Below are positions 1-12,640 of a stretch of 64,000 nt of DNA, in pieces; the first letter of the stretch is position 1; every line of letters begins with the position of its first letter. The DNA lies in the NCBI RefSeq assembly GCF_006345805.1, contig NC_043005.1:41788001-41852000 (forward strand), written 5' to 3'. Source of the stretch: Octopus sinensis. Taxonomy: Eukaryota. The position numbers and the translations under genes are program-made. Under the pieces are notes generated by a model that ran no database searches, was not told the DNA's origin, and was given only the letters and a program-made list of their open reading frames with translations.

Positions 1-333
1 AGGACAGGAGGAATTTAGAAATTGCAAAACTTTCATGGTATCTATCTCTATGAAGTTCATGCGGAATAACTCTAGTGGACACAGGGTTGGCAAGTTGGTG
101 GCTTAACTTTGCAGCCGTAGTCTAATTGGTTTTGAGATCAATATTCTGCAGTCCTTACTTGTGAGTTTTACCCTCAGTCCTGAATCATGCTTGCTAGAAC
201 GGGTTTTACCTTCTTTTTGGAATGTCAGCATGATTTTAGAAACAGTAACTCTGAAAATTCAGCAGTTCTGGTGACTGAAACTCCAGCCATCCGCGCTCCA
301 ACAATTTTTCCCCTGTAGAAATCAGATGGGTCA
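1..333 (-). mobile_element. Tc1/mariner transposase N-terminal (HTH) fragment, frameshifted
   Basis: Manual minus-strand translation gives DPSDFYRGKIVGARMAGVSVTRTAE then (frameshift) RVTVSKIMLTFQKEGKTRSSKHDSG. This matches the Tc1 N-terminal pattern DLSDFERGxIVGARxAGxS. It runs off the window edge. Confidence 0.75.
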
Positions 334-1322
334 TGTGTGAGCCTAAAATTTTGTTCATTGTTTTATCTCCTGTGAGAGTGGGTAGATTTGGGATGATAAT
401 GTTGAAGGCTTCATTGTTTCTCGGGTTATGTGTGGGGATGTATGGAAGTATTTTAAAGTCTGGTGTAGTATTTTGGTTAACTTCCCTAATGTTTGCATGT
501 CTATTTCCTTTACTCGTTTAATCCCAGCATCTATTAGTGATGTTGGGTAATGTCTCTTGATTAGTATTGATCTGAGTTGAAGGAGTCATCGTTCACGAGT
601 ATTGGTGTGAGAAACTATGATACAGATTATTTTCGCTAGATTATAAAGTAGATGAATTTTTATGTGCTTGGGGTGGCATGAGTTCAATAATAGGAATTGT
701 TTTGGACCTGTGGGTTTATAGAAGACGTCCGTTTCGATTTAGTTATTGACTATTTTAATTAGGATGTCAAGAAAAGAGAGTTGTTTATTGCTGTGTTCCA
801 TGGGGAATTGTATGTTGCTATTGATATTGTTTTGCATTATTTTGAAATCGAGGAGTTTGCCCATGCTGTCTTTCCAAAGTATAAAGCAATCATCTAAATA
901 CTTCTCCCAGTTCTCCTTTAAATAACAACGAAATGAGGTGCCATATTCTTGTAGTGATGATTGGTATATTTTAAGTTCTAGATAGTCCATTACAAGGTTC
1001 GCAATTGCTGGGGCAGCTCGGGTTCCCATTGCAATTCCACATTATTGTCGATAGTAAATTGTATCGAACATGAAATAGTTGTTCAGTAGGATATTTTTCA
1101 GTGCTGCGATTATGAATCTGTGGTTGATGCGTCCTGGAATCTCTTCTGGTTATTTTTCTAGCCAGAAGGTGATTGCTGCTTCTATACCATAATAGTGTGG
1201 GATATTGGTGTACAAGTTCACCACATCGAATGATACTAACAGGATTCCGTCATTTATTGTCTTCGAGAGGTGGTTAAGTAGGTCTAAATCATCCCTGATG
1301 AAGCTTTTCACATATTCTAGAA
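334..1322 (-). mobile_element. Penelope-like element, reverse transcriptase/thumb arm (inverted, degenerate)
   Basis: ORF 739..1029 has MGTRAAPAIANLVM...YLDDCFILW...LSFLDI, the PLE RT motifs. 334-571 is the reverse complement of 1330-1541. Confidence 0.85.
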
Positions 1323-2260
1323 ATGATTTTAACTCAGATCAATACTAATCAAGAGACATTACCCAACATCGTTAATAAATGATGGGATTAAACGAGCAAA
1401 GGAAATAGACATACGAACATTAATTAATTCCCATACATCTCTACACATAACTCGAGAAACAATGAAGCCTTCAACATTATCATCCAAAGTCTACCTACTC
1501 TCACAGGAGATAAAACAATGAACAAAATTTTAGGCTCACACAAAATTATCAAGAGCAAAATGCTACCGAAATCATTGAAAAAAATATTAAGCAAGGCAAG
1601 ACTATATCCATTAACAACGGGACTAAAAGCGAAAAAATGCGGTCGGCCTAACTGTGACATACGCCCCCACCTTTTGGAGGGTACAGAGTTCCACTTTAAA
1701 CAAGGAGAAATATTTAAGATTAAATCAAATTTCACCTGTGCCTCGGAAAACCTAATCTATGCTATTACCAGCTTAGGGTGCGGTAATCAACATATTGGCG
1801 AAACGGGAATATCACTTCGTCGAAGAACCACTCTTCACAAAGAACAAATCGGCCACAGATACAGGTCAGTGAATACATAGAAAGGTGTGCTAGGAGCCTT
1901 AATCCTAACTTCCTAATTTCCCCTTCCATCAATGTTCACAGAACACCTCACTACAGCAAAGAATGAATAAAGAGGCAACTTTCCTCAATTAATTTCATCA
2001 CAACTTAAAATAAACGCAAAACATAATATAGAACACTACTAACATTACCAATAATACCACTAGCTCCTATAAACCCCATACACCATTCATATTACAGTAT
2101 CATATCTACCCTAACTGCACCACGTCCAGAATGTCTAACCTCCCTTACACTCAGGGACTAGTAGACTCAACACCATTTGGTAATCCGTGCGCATTCAAAG
2201 CCAGTGAACAGCAACTGACGATACCAGTATAACTTTGAACGTCTTTAACAATTCACAACA
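1323..2260 (+). mobile_element. Penelope-like element, linker + GIY-YIG endonuclease + 3' UTR (degenerate)
   Basis: ORF 1518..1880 has CGRPNC...FTCASENLIYAITSLGCGNQHIGETG...RRRTTLH (GIY-YIG with the Cys motif). A decayed CTGACGA hammerhead-core remnant sits at 2215-2221. Confidence 0.85.
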
Positions 2261-4108
2261 ATGACTTTTATTCCTTTTAACTCTACCTCAGCTAATCTAA
2301 TTGTATATATTTATCGTTACTTTTCATAAAAATCCTGTATTTGTTTTTAATATCCAATGTGCAGTTTCGCTTTTTTCCTCTTACATTCCCCACATCTTTT
2401 CCATGTGTAGTTTCTATTTTCTTTTTGAAACTTATATCTATTTTATATATATATATAAGTGAATATATGTTTGCATGCATTGGTGTGTGTGCGTGTGTGT
2501 GAGAGATACATGTGGACCACTGACTGAATGATTAATCTGAATAAGGGGTTGTATTAACTCAAAGGGATGCTCGAGCTTTGTTTGCTAACTAGTACATCTA
2601 TAAACGTGTGTATCTGTGAGTGTGTACCTGTTCTCTATTGATATTTAACAAGTGATATTTTTTTATTACTAAATAATATTTTTATATCCTCTGGTGTAGT
2701 GGTATCATGCGTTTCCCTAACAATGGTAAATATATAAACATACATACAGACAGACAGACACTTACACACATAATTATATATGAATCATTTAATAAACACA
2801 GAGTTTAAATGGGAACTAATCTAGAAATAAATTTCTTGAGACTCATAGCAGTTCACATGTAAATCGTGTTTTTATTAAGTCCTATTCATCTCTCGCTGGA
2901 TTGAGAACTTAGTTTCTCTTTATCCTACTAGTAACGGAACATTAGTCACACACACACATGCATGTGTGTGTTAATGTATGTGTGTACGTATGCATGTATA
3001 TGTGTGTGAGTGTGTGTGTGTGTGTGTGTATATATAATGTATATATAGGATTTTTTTAATGTTTTATCAGTAGCAGCAGATAAAAGGAATCGACTAAGGT
3101 GAAATGATATGTATAATTATAATAAGGGCTTAGAAAGAAATTTTCTAGCCTATATGTTGAGAAATAAACGCTAAATTATATATGTATATATATATTAATT
3201 AATTAATTATAGTATAATATATTTTCCATTAATGATAATGTCAATAGAAACAAGGACATTGATATAGATTAAATGCTGAGACCTTAGTAGTCAATTTGTA
3301 GTTTGTAGTTCCAAATCATTGAGAACAACCATATTTGGTTGTTTAATGCCAGCACTTTAAAGGAGGACGGTGTATGTGATTTATGACTTGCTCAAAAACT
3401 TTGGCGACTCAGCCCAAAATTGAACTTGAGTAGTAAAATCGGTTTATTCCGCGAATAACACCATCTTATAAAAGAAGATCACTGGTGTACTAGTTCAAAC
3501 TTCATTTGGGACTTAATAGCAAGATAACTAAAACTATTATATTCCTTAGAAAGTTTGGTTGTGTATAGCGAAGATCTATAATGAAATGTCAGTGTAATGC
3601 AGATTTTAATGATTCTGTTTCACGATGTGAGAAACTTCTCTCAGACTTTTTGGTTTTTGTTTATTTTAATGAAGGGGATTTGCGAAAAAAGTAGGTAATA
3701 GCAATTTGAATGAGGATGAAAAAAAAAAACACCACCAGTTCGTGATGAGATTTAACATGTTAAAGTGTCGCAAGAAACGTTCAGACAAGTATTTCGCTAG
3801 CAGCTGTCTTTATGACATTTTCGGGTGACATTTGAATAGGACATTTCTAGTGATATTTATCAACAGAAATGTTTGGAATTTTACTCTAATAATTGTATAC
3901 AATGTTCAGAATGGAATATAAGAAAACCAAAACATCTTTACTTCAGGTATTACCTTTGTAAAAATAGCAGAAATGTCACTGAAGATATTTCATTCACACA
4001 AATAGGGATTTTATATTTTATCTAAACAATGTAAATTATTCTGTAAATAAACCCATTCACATTCTATGAAAGAGGGAAATAAATGCATAAATAAAACCTA
4101 AATATGTT

Positions 4109-4445
4109 GGACGACGCGTGGTTCAGTGGTTAGGGATATTCAGTTTTGGAGCGTAAGGCCGCGTGTTAGAAAACTGGCGGCACGCTCTGACCTTGAACAA
4201 GTCAGGTTATTTCACATTGTTGCAGTCCACTCAGCTGGCAAAAAATATAATTCAAAAGGGGGTGTCACAAAGATGTAATTTAAAAGGGTTATACTGAATC
4301 TCCCTGAGAACTACGCCAAGGGTACGTTTATCTGCGGAGTTCTCAGCCAATCGCTCTTTAATTTCACGAGTTAGCTGTTCCGCCGGTCGAATAAACTGGA
4401 ACTCCACGCCGTCATAACTGACGGAGTGCCGGTTATGTTGGTACA
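4109..4445 (+). mobile_element. tRNA-derived SINE (family C in this window), diverged
   Basis: Head GCGTGGTTCAGTGGTTAGGG (A-box-like). The body CAGTCCACTCAGCTGGCAAAAA...CTCCCTGAGAACTACG is shared with 44850-45130 and 59725-60065. Confidence 0.7.
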
Positions 4446-4587
4446 CATGTAGCATAAATATTGTCTGAGAGGAAATTTACGTAGAAAGAAATTATAGTTG
4501 CACATTGATATGAAATAAAGATTGAAACGTTGCATCTGATGCTTATCACAAAGATATCAAATTAAATAAAAGCGAAATGACTCAAAG

Positions 4588-5060
4588 CTAGAATGGAAAT
4601 CTTTTCTAGAGAGATTTTCACTTATTTAAAATATCATTTATGGATATAAAGGCAATGGATATGTAGAAAGCCGATATGGTGCTAAATAAAGAATCGAACA
4701 AAATGGTATCTGATGTTTCTTACGAACTTTTATGTTCTGAGTTCAAATCTCGCAAACGTTAATTTCTCATTCTATCATTCCGGAACTGATAAAGTAAAAT
4801 TCCAATCAAGTACTGGCGAAATGACTGTAAGTTAGAATTGAAATCTTTTCAAGAGAGCTTTCCATTTATTTAAAATATTATTTGCTATAAAGGCGTTGGA
4901 TATGTAGAAAGCCGATATAATGCTGAATAAAGAGTCAAGCAAAATGTTATCTAATATCTCTTTTGAACGTTTATGTTTTGAGTTAAAATCTCGCAAACGT
5001 TAATTTCTCATTGTCTTCTTCCGAGACCGATAAAACAAAATTTCAGTCAAGTACTGGCGA
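4588..5060. repeat. Diverged tandem duplication, two units of about 240 bp
   Basis: GAAATCTTTT...GGATATGTAGAAAGCCGATAT...AAATCTCGCAAACGTTAATTTCTCATT...CAAGTACTGGCGA occurs twice. Each unit ends in a decayed SINE-like segment. Confidence 0.85.
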
Positions 5061-5540
5061 CAGTTTAATCAACCAGCACCTTTTACCTTAAATTTTTGGT
5101 CTTGTGCCTAAATTAGAAAATATTCAAAGATGATAAATTGGTAGAATCATTAGGATGTGAAATAAAATGCCCCGTGCTATTTCTTCCGGTTCTTTATGTT
5201 CTACGTTCAAATCTGTTGAGGTCAACTTTGTTATTCATACCTCGAAGTCTATAAAGCACCAGACAACTACTGGGTCAGTGTAATCGAATAATATCCTTAC
5301 TCCAAATTTTAGGCCTATGTTAGAAACCCATATTATTTAAAGTGCATTGAATTGGAAAACTCTTTAAAGTGAGAGTCAGAGAGAATAGTATACAGTATCT
5401 GTTACAACTCTCTCTTTACATTCCGAGTTTAAATTCCGTGGATGTCACTTTCATACTTCACCCTTCAGTGTTTGATACACACACATACACACACACACGC
5501 ATATATATATATATATAGATATATATATAGATATATAGAG

Positions 5541-5575
<35 letters not shown>

Positions 5576-5576
5576 T

Positions 5577-6799
5577 TACAGAAGTAAATAGACACCTTTA
5601 TAATCGTTAAAATTTATTCAAATCTCAAATGATACATTCCTATTACTTATTATTATTATGTGAATATCTAATATTTAGTAAACATGCCCTTAGCATTTTT
5701 CAGTGAAAGGAAACAATTAGGCATGCTACTTATCAGATGATGAATATTCTCTAAACGAATTTCATGCCATGTTTCATGCAGCAATCTCAAAAAATCTGGA
5801 TTTGAGGATGCTTTCTTGTTCTTTTTACCAAGTGCCCTGTCCATTATGCCCCAGAGGTGTTCAATAAGGTTCATATCTGGTGACTGGCTTGGCCATGAAA
5901 GCTTACTAATGCCATCTCCTCCAACCAATCATGGGTCTTTTTTGCTGTATGACAAAGAGCTCCATCTTCAATAAATAGAAAGTCTTTTTTAACCATTTCA
6001 CCACTGGAAAAGATTGGAAGGAATCCTTTCTGCAATATGGACACATTTATCTGAGTTTATCTCTCCCTCACACTCCAGTAGCTCTGATTGAGCGTTTCTC
6101 CAAACTTCTTCCCAGACCATCACAAAACAGCCACCATATTTCATTGTTGGCTGCAACCTTTTCACGTCAATTTCTTGATCACTAAGTCTCCAAACCCCCA
6201 TTCGACCACTGTCAGAATATAAAACAAATCTGGACTCATCAGAGAATATGACAGTGTCCCAAAATGCTAGTGACTCGCCATCATCACACTGGCTCAATCT
6301 GTTCTCTGCTTCATATTGGCTGGTTGAAGAAGTAGCTTCATTCTTGATGCTCTGCCACAGTAGCCAAGTTTGTGAAGATACCTGATAGCTGTTCTGAGAC
6401 TGACATCAACATGTTTTCTTATGCAGAAGCTTTGCAACGGGGTTATCCTCCACACTTCTCTAAACAAAGCGAAGGGTCCTGTCAGAGGGCCCCAGTAGAC
6501 CTGGGTAATGTGGACTCCTTCCCCTCTCTGGAGAATTGCACAATCACACTATAAAGTTTAGAAAATGGGATCCCAATATTTTCTGCGATTTTACGTTGAC
6601 TAAGTCCACCTTCAGATTGACCCACAATACGGCCTCTCTGGAATTCGGACAGTTCCAGATCTTCTTTTGTACATGGCATGATTAAGCAGTCACATCTAGA
6701 AGCTGAAACATAAAGATGTCAATTAATAAAAAATATATACCTTTTCAAGCTAAAATAAATATAAAACGATGTTTTATGAGGTGTTTATTTACTTCTGTT
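5577..6799 (-). mobile_element. Tc1-family DNA transposon, near full length, with a pseudogenised transposase
   Basis: TIRs CAGAAGTAAATAGACACC (5579-5596, preceded by TA) and GGTGTTTATTTACTTCTG (6780-6797). ORF pieces: [12 protein letters not shown] (HTH), WDTVIFSDESRF and WPSQSPDMNLIEHLWG (DDE motifs). Several stops/frameshifts. Confidence 0.92.
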
Positions 6800-7470
6800 A
6801 TGTGTGTGTATATCTGAGATCATTTGCCTTCCTACTTACCTATAACATGGTTAATACAGACTGGAAAACTCTTCTTATAAGATAAAGAGTAAGAAACTCG
6901 GGAAATATTTGAGAAGGAATGCGAACAAGCAAGAAAGAAAAAGAAAGAGAAACAGAGCGAAAGGTAAAAGAAGATGTGAGAGAGAGAGAGAAGTGAGATG
7001 GAGAAGGATTAAAAGAAATCGACTAGTTCATATCCTATTGCACGGACCGCCATCAACCAAGTTTTCCTAATTGTTTGATACAACTGATACCAGTAAATCT
7101 TGCATGTGCCATTGAAGAAAGCTGATCATCCATGATGTGATATTTGCAACGTAATGTCTCCATGTAATATCTATTTTGCACGTGTACGTATAGACATAAG
7201 TATTTATTTATATATACACCTGTGTATATGAATATTTTTATATGCATAACTACGTGTATTTATGCATATTTATAAAAGAATATACTTACCCATCACTTAT
7301 GCGAGTGCATAGACGTACACGCACATATAACAAACATATAATTGCATATACATATATACATGAACACATACACACACACACACACGCATATATATATATA
7401 TATGTATGCATATGTGTGTGTATCTATATCTATACCTATAGCTATACCTATATATTATATATATATAAAT

Positions 7471-7555
<85 letters not shown>

Positions 7556-8302
7556 CTGGTGGGTATAGGTACGTATGTGCTAGTATGATCTGAATCTATA
7601 AATCAAATATAGCTAGACAAACTGGTGCCTAAGTTGTTTCCCAATCGTTCTAATAATATATTCATTTTTGAAGAGGTTATTTGAATGATTCAGCCATTGT
7701 TTTAACGTATGTAGCAAATGTCTCATAAATGTTGAACTCATTTTCAGTAATGGCTAAATTCTATATGCACATGATGAAAATTCAGTTTGCATTTATAAGC
7801 GAAACAACAAATGTTCAGTTGTAAATATTTCAAAGCTTCTTTTGTTTTTGAAACCGTGTTTCATATAAAATAGAATAATAGTTTGTTCGTCTAATTAAAG
7901 ACTTCTAGATGTCGGTATATTAGGATAGTTAGTATAAACAACAACAACATCGGCTAAAACAGTAAAAATACATAGACATAAGAGCCAAAACAAAAGTTAT
8001 TTCAAAAACATGAAAGCAATATATAAATTCCTCACGTTAATATTTATTCAAGGTTTATAGCCATTTCATAATTAAAGTTACGACGCTGCAGTCATGATGG
8101 TAATAAACAGCATATTAGAAGAATTGGTTCGCAATTTTTGTCACAAGTACAGCGACATTCAATTATACACAAACACAGTCACACAAGATACACGCACATT
8201 ATCGCGCTCAAACACAAATACGCAACACCCCCATATATCTACACACACACACACGAATATATATTATACATATGAGTGTCTGTTTATATAATATATACGG
8301 CA

Positions 8303-8372
<70 letters not shown>

Positions 8373-9039
8373 CTTATCTATCTATAAATATACACGCATA
8401 TGCACTCACACAAGTACATACACATATATATGCGCACATGTGTGTTTGTGTGTGTGTATGTGTGTATGCCAGCATTGGTTCGTGTGCGCATGTGTTGGTA
8501 CGTTAGTGTGTATGCGTTGGTACGTGTGTGTATACGTTAGTACGTCTGTGTGTATGCGATAGTCCGTGTATGTGTTTGTTTATGATGTACGTGGCATATG
8601 ATTGATTTTGTGTGTATTTTTGTGAGTAGATATGCTATGGATATATAGAAATGTGAATATAAATGTATGTGGAATGTACATTTACAATGCTACGTTGAAG
8701 TTTGTTTTGCTTGTTGAATGTGTATATGATAATTATGGGTGGAGAGTATACAGGAAATGAATTAATATGTTCTATGTATTAACCATTTGTCTTCTTGTAA
8801 AGGAATTTAGTTAAAACTCAATGGTAAAACAGCGTTTGTCGTAAACAAAAGGGAGATCGCAATTTCAAATCTTACTGTAGTCTTGACGAACTAAATAACT
8901 GATGAGACAGGTTCAATTTAAATTTACGCAGTAAGACTGCAAAATTAAGTGCTTTTGTAGAGACACGGTGTATTTTTGTCTCTTAGGAATATAGAAAGTT
9001 TCTATTCACTTCAAACAAGGAAACATATATACATATATA

Positions 9040-9300
9040 TTATGCATGTATGTGCGTATATTCTATAGATTCTTGGTTCCTGTTACACACAGCCGGTCAC
9101 GTTGTTGTAGCTTTCCAAATGATGTTACACAGCTAGTTAGACAGGCAGGCTTACACACTCCCCCTGGACCAAACGCCAATCTATCGCAGGGTTCCCCATT
9201 CATACATGAGTTTAGCTCAACAACACAAAATGCTGCCTCTCTCAGCATTGCAGCCACGAACTTGCGATCGTGAATGTAACACCCTAACCACTAGGCGCAC
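9040..9300 (-). mobile_element. Diverged tRNA-derived SINE
   Basis: Ends in CACCCTAACCACTAGGCGCAC, the reverse complement of the family C-type head. The body is diverged. Confidence 0.5.
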
Positions 9301-9339
9301 ATCTTCACACACATACACACACACACGTGTGTGAGTGTT

Positions 9340-9485
9340 ATGTCGCAAGTTCGGATGCCGTCTTCTCAACTCTACTCTACTTTGCTACTACTCAAGCTGT
9401 TCTAGTCTGAACGACATCTAGGTTTCTCACTCTATATCTACGTATTGGGCTAGCCAACTTCATCGACTGGGGGCGTCCACATGAC
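9340..9485 (-). mobile_element. Possible RTE-like LINE 3' remnant
   Basis: Minus-strand translation fragments VMWTPP...G.P and EDGIR loosely resemble the RTE C-terminus. Heavily decayed. Confidence 0.3.
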
Positions 9486-9522
9486 AGTGAGTGTGTGTGC
9501 ATAGCTATCTATTTATCTATCT

Positions 9523-9664
<142 letters not shown>

Positions 9665-9823
9665 TATATATATAACAACGAAATTGAATACTCAATACCA
9701 CATTGGTGGATAAAGATTCTTTATTTGTTATCAAGGCCACTATTGGTTTCATGTTACGGAATACCTCAACAACTGTCAAGCTTAAGAACATCGACGTTCC
9801 ATTTTGGATTAAAACACTCATAC

Positions 9824-9877
<54 letters not shown>

Positions 9878-10203
9878 TGTGTGTGTGTGTGTGTGTAATT
9901 AAGATTTAGTTGAATTACGTACTTGATCTGAGGCACCTTGCTAGTTCGGTATAAACTGTACAACCCAACAATATCATTTGAATGTTGAATATGAAGACTC
10001 CGTGTAGGACTATTTGTATCCAATATTCCTGTCGTGTGTGTGGACAACGAAACCTAATTAAGGGAAGATATCCGCCCTTGGTAATTCAGACATGTAATTT
10101 TTATAAAGGTACATTCTATAGTATTTCCGAAGTGCAGATTCCAAGTTAGGTGAACAGAATATAAATAACAATGATGTACAGGTGTCAATATATATATATA
10201 TAA

Positions 10204-10358
10204 GACGGGCTTCTTTCAGTTTCTGTCTGCCAAATCCACTCACAAGGCTTTGGTCGACCCGAGGCTATAGAAGACGGCACTTGCCCAATATGCCGCGCAG
10301 TGGTACTGAACCCGGAACAGCATGGTTGGGAAGCAAACCTCTTCTCACATAGCCACTC

Positions 10359-10360
<2 letters not shown>
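10204..10360 (-). mobile_element. SINE family A, head domain
   Basis: Reverse complement of AGGAGTGGCT...GGGTTCAGT...CCAAAGCCTTGTGAGTGGATTTGG...GAAACTGAAAGAAGCCCGTC. Confidence 0.85.
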
Positions 10361-10408
<48 letters not shown>

Positions 10409-10465
10409 ACACACCACACACACACACACGCACGCACGCACACACACATAGTAATGTTTAATTGC

Positions 10466-10761
10466 CAACAGAATGTGGCAGTCCTATAAAGGACGATGCT
10501 ACTGTTGTTATAGTCCCAGGAAAACATCTTTTCCTACTGGCTATCGACACACACTTTATGTCCGTATAGCAAGAGAAGTCATCGCTCTGCATGATACTCA
10601 CAGACCTTAAGTTTCTGGGTGGTTACCTGTCCTCCGTGTGAAATAATCATAAGCTAGTGACGAAAGCTCTCTCCACTCGCAAATGCTATATATTCTATAA
10701 ACGACGCTCAGTTGCTGATCTTGTATAGAGAAAAACAATTTGTTTTAAATCTGTGTGTGAG

Positions 10762-10820
<59 letters not shown>

Positions 10821-10897
10821 AGCCAGCAGGAAAATATGTTTTCCTGAGACTAAAACAACAATAACAGCGTCCTTTATAGCACTGCCACGTTCTGTTG
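10466..10897. repeat. Inverted repeat pair (about 79-bp arms) around a (GT)n-containing spacer
   Basis: 10466-10544 is the diverged reverse complement of 10819-10897. Confidence 0.8.
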
Positions 10898-10998
10898 ACA
10901 TATAAACATTACTATTCAGTACTGTTATGTATATATCTCACTCAGAGATTTGAAGCAAATTATTTCACCCTCTATGTCCCTCCGTGTCTCTCTTTGTC

Positions 10999-11105
<107 letters not shown>

Positions 11106-12019
11106 TTATATATGTAAACACAATCACACTCACTCATGTGTTTTATGTATGTGTACATACATATGTGCATGCCTGTATGCATTCGTGTATATAAAAACAT
11201 GTGTGTGTTTGTGTGCTTATGTATATCTATCTAAGTATAAGACTATTAATGGCTTCTGCGCTAATTTCAGACAGATTACAATGCTACGCGTAGGGAAGAT
11301 TGTCCGGAGTGTCATACTAAAAGCATCCCAGAACCAGATATGATATACACCTTTAAGGATATTTACAGACAGCACAATTACACATTAATGTACAGTTTAT
11401 TTATGATGGTTGATTAACATGCCATGTGTAGATTTTATTTGGCCATACCCGTCCCGTGTTGCCAATCAGCTGAAAATGTGTTTTTAATTTCAGAGTTTTC
11501 TTTCTATTAGGCCCTGAGTTCCCGAGAGGTGTCGGTAACCGAATTCTATTAGTAATTATAATAGTATCTTCAGTTCTTATGGATAGTTCTGTAGACCATA
11601 TTGTTGTCAAGTTCTTCATGGCACCAAGAATGGTAATTGAAACATTAGCATAGTGTCGTTACTCTGTTAATCATAAGTGACGAACAGATTCAAGTGCCTT
11701 CTTACTGCCTGGTCGTAGAGTCAGCAGGTTCTGGCAACGCTGTTTTACTTTGTATGTATGTATGTATGTATGTATGTATGTATGTATGTATGTATGTATG
11801 TATGTATATATGTATGTATGTATGTATATATGTATGTATGTATGTATGTAAGTTTTTCTGTTGGATTTATTTAAATTCTTGAGAGAGTTCAAGCCAGTTG
11901 CTAACATGGCGACAAAAGCTTTTGAGTTAAGAGAGTCCCGTTATTGCTAAATACGTGTTTGAGCCGATGTGTTGGCTTAGCTTTCGATATATACACCCTA
12001 CTGTGTGCATGTATCCATA

Positions 12020-12640
12020 ATAAGTGTTTTTGGAATGTCTTAAATATGTTCACTCTGCCGCTAATAGATTGGATTTGAAGAATCCGTGTCTGCTGTTTTG
12101 GCTCTTTCTTCGAACAACCGGGTATTTCTAGTTTTGGGGGGCAAATTTGTTGGTACATAACCAAATGCACCCATGATGATAGATACAAATGAAAATTCAT
12201 AGTCAGGGCACAAGTTCTGTAGTTTCGCATTAATTCACCATAGATGTTCCCTTTTCCTTGGACTTTTAATGGTATGTCCACATCTGCTGGACAGTTGATC
12301 TCTACAGTAGTGTTTGACATTTGTTCCCTGTCCCAAAGAGCAATATCAGGTCTATTATGCTTACACCGAATTGCTGTGTTATTGGATTGTTCCACCAATA
12401 TTCCTTGTTTTTAAAGGTGTGAATGCATACTGGTACTAAGATGCCTTTGATGTATACCTCAGGACCACGTTCCTGCGGATTGTATTGTAAATAGTCTTTA
12501 CAACTCAGGGGCAGGTAGTATCTCGTAGATATTTTGGGGCAGCTGTTAATGATATGGGTGATATGTAATAAAAGTATTGTGTTAACAAGCTACTACAGGA
12601 GAATAAAGATACCACTAAACCTAATACAAATGACCCTGTG
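12020..12640 (-). mobile_element. RLE-type (R2/R4/NeSL-like) non-LTR retrotransposon, C-terminal fragment
   Basis: HNRPDIALWD...VEINCPAD...K...YGEL (PD-(D/E)xK restriction-like endonuclease). It is preceded by a zinc-knuckle remnant THIINSCPKISTRYYLP and followed by LQIQSISG.V.IFKTF. Confidence 0.8.

Noticed and set aside
3740-3785. GTGATGA...GAAACGTT hammerhead-like string
   Set aside because: C3 is replaced without G8 compensation and stem I cannot form.
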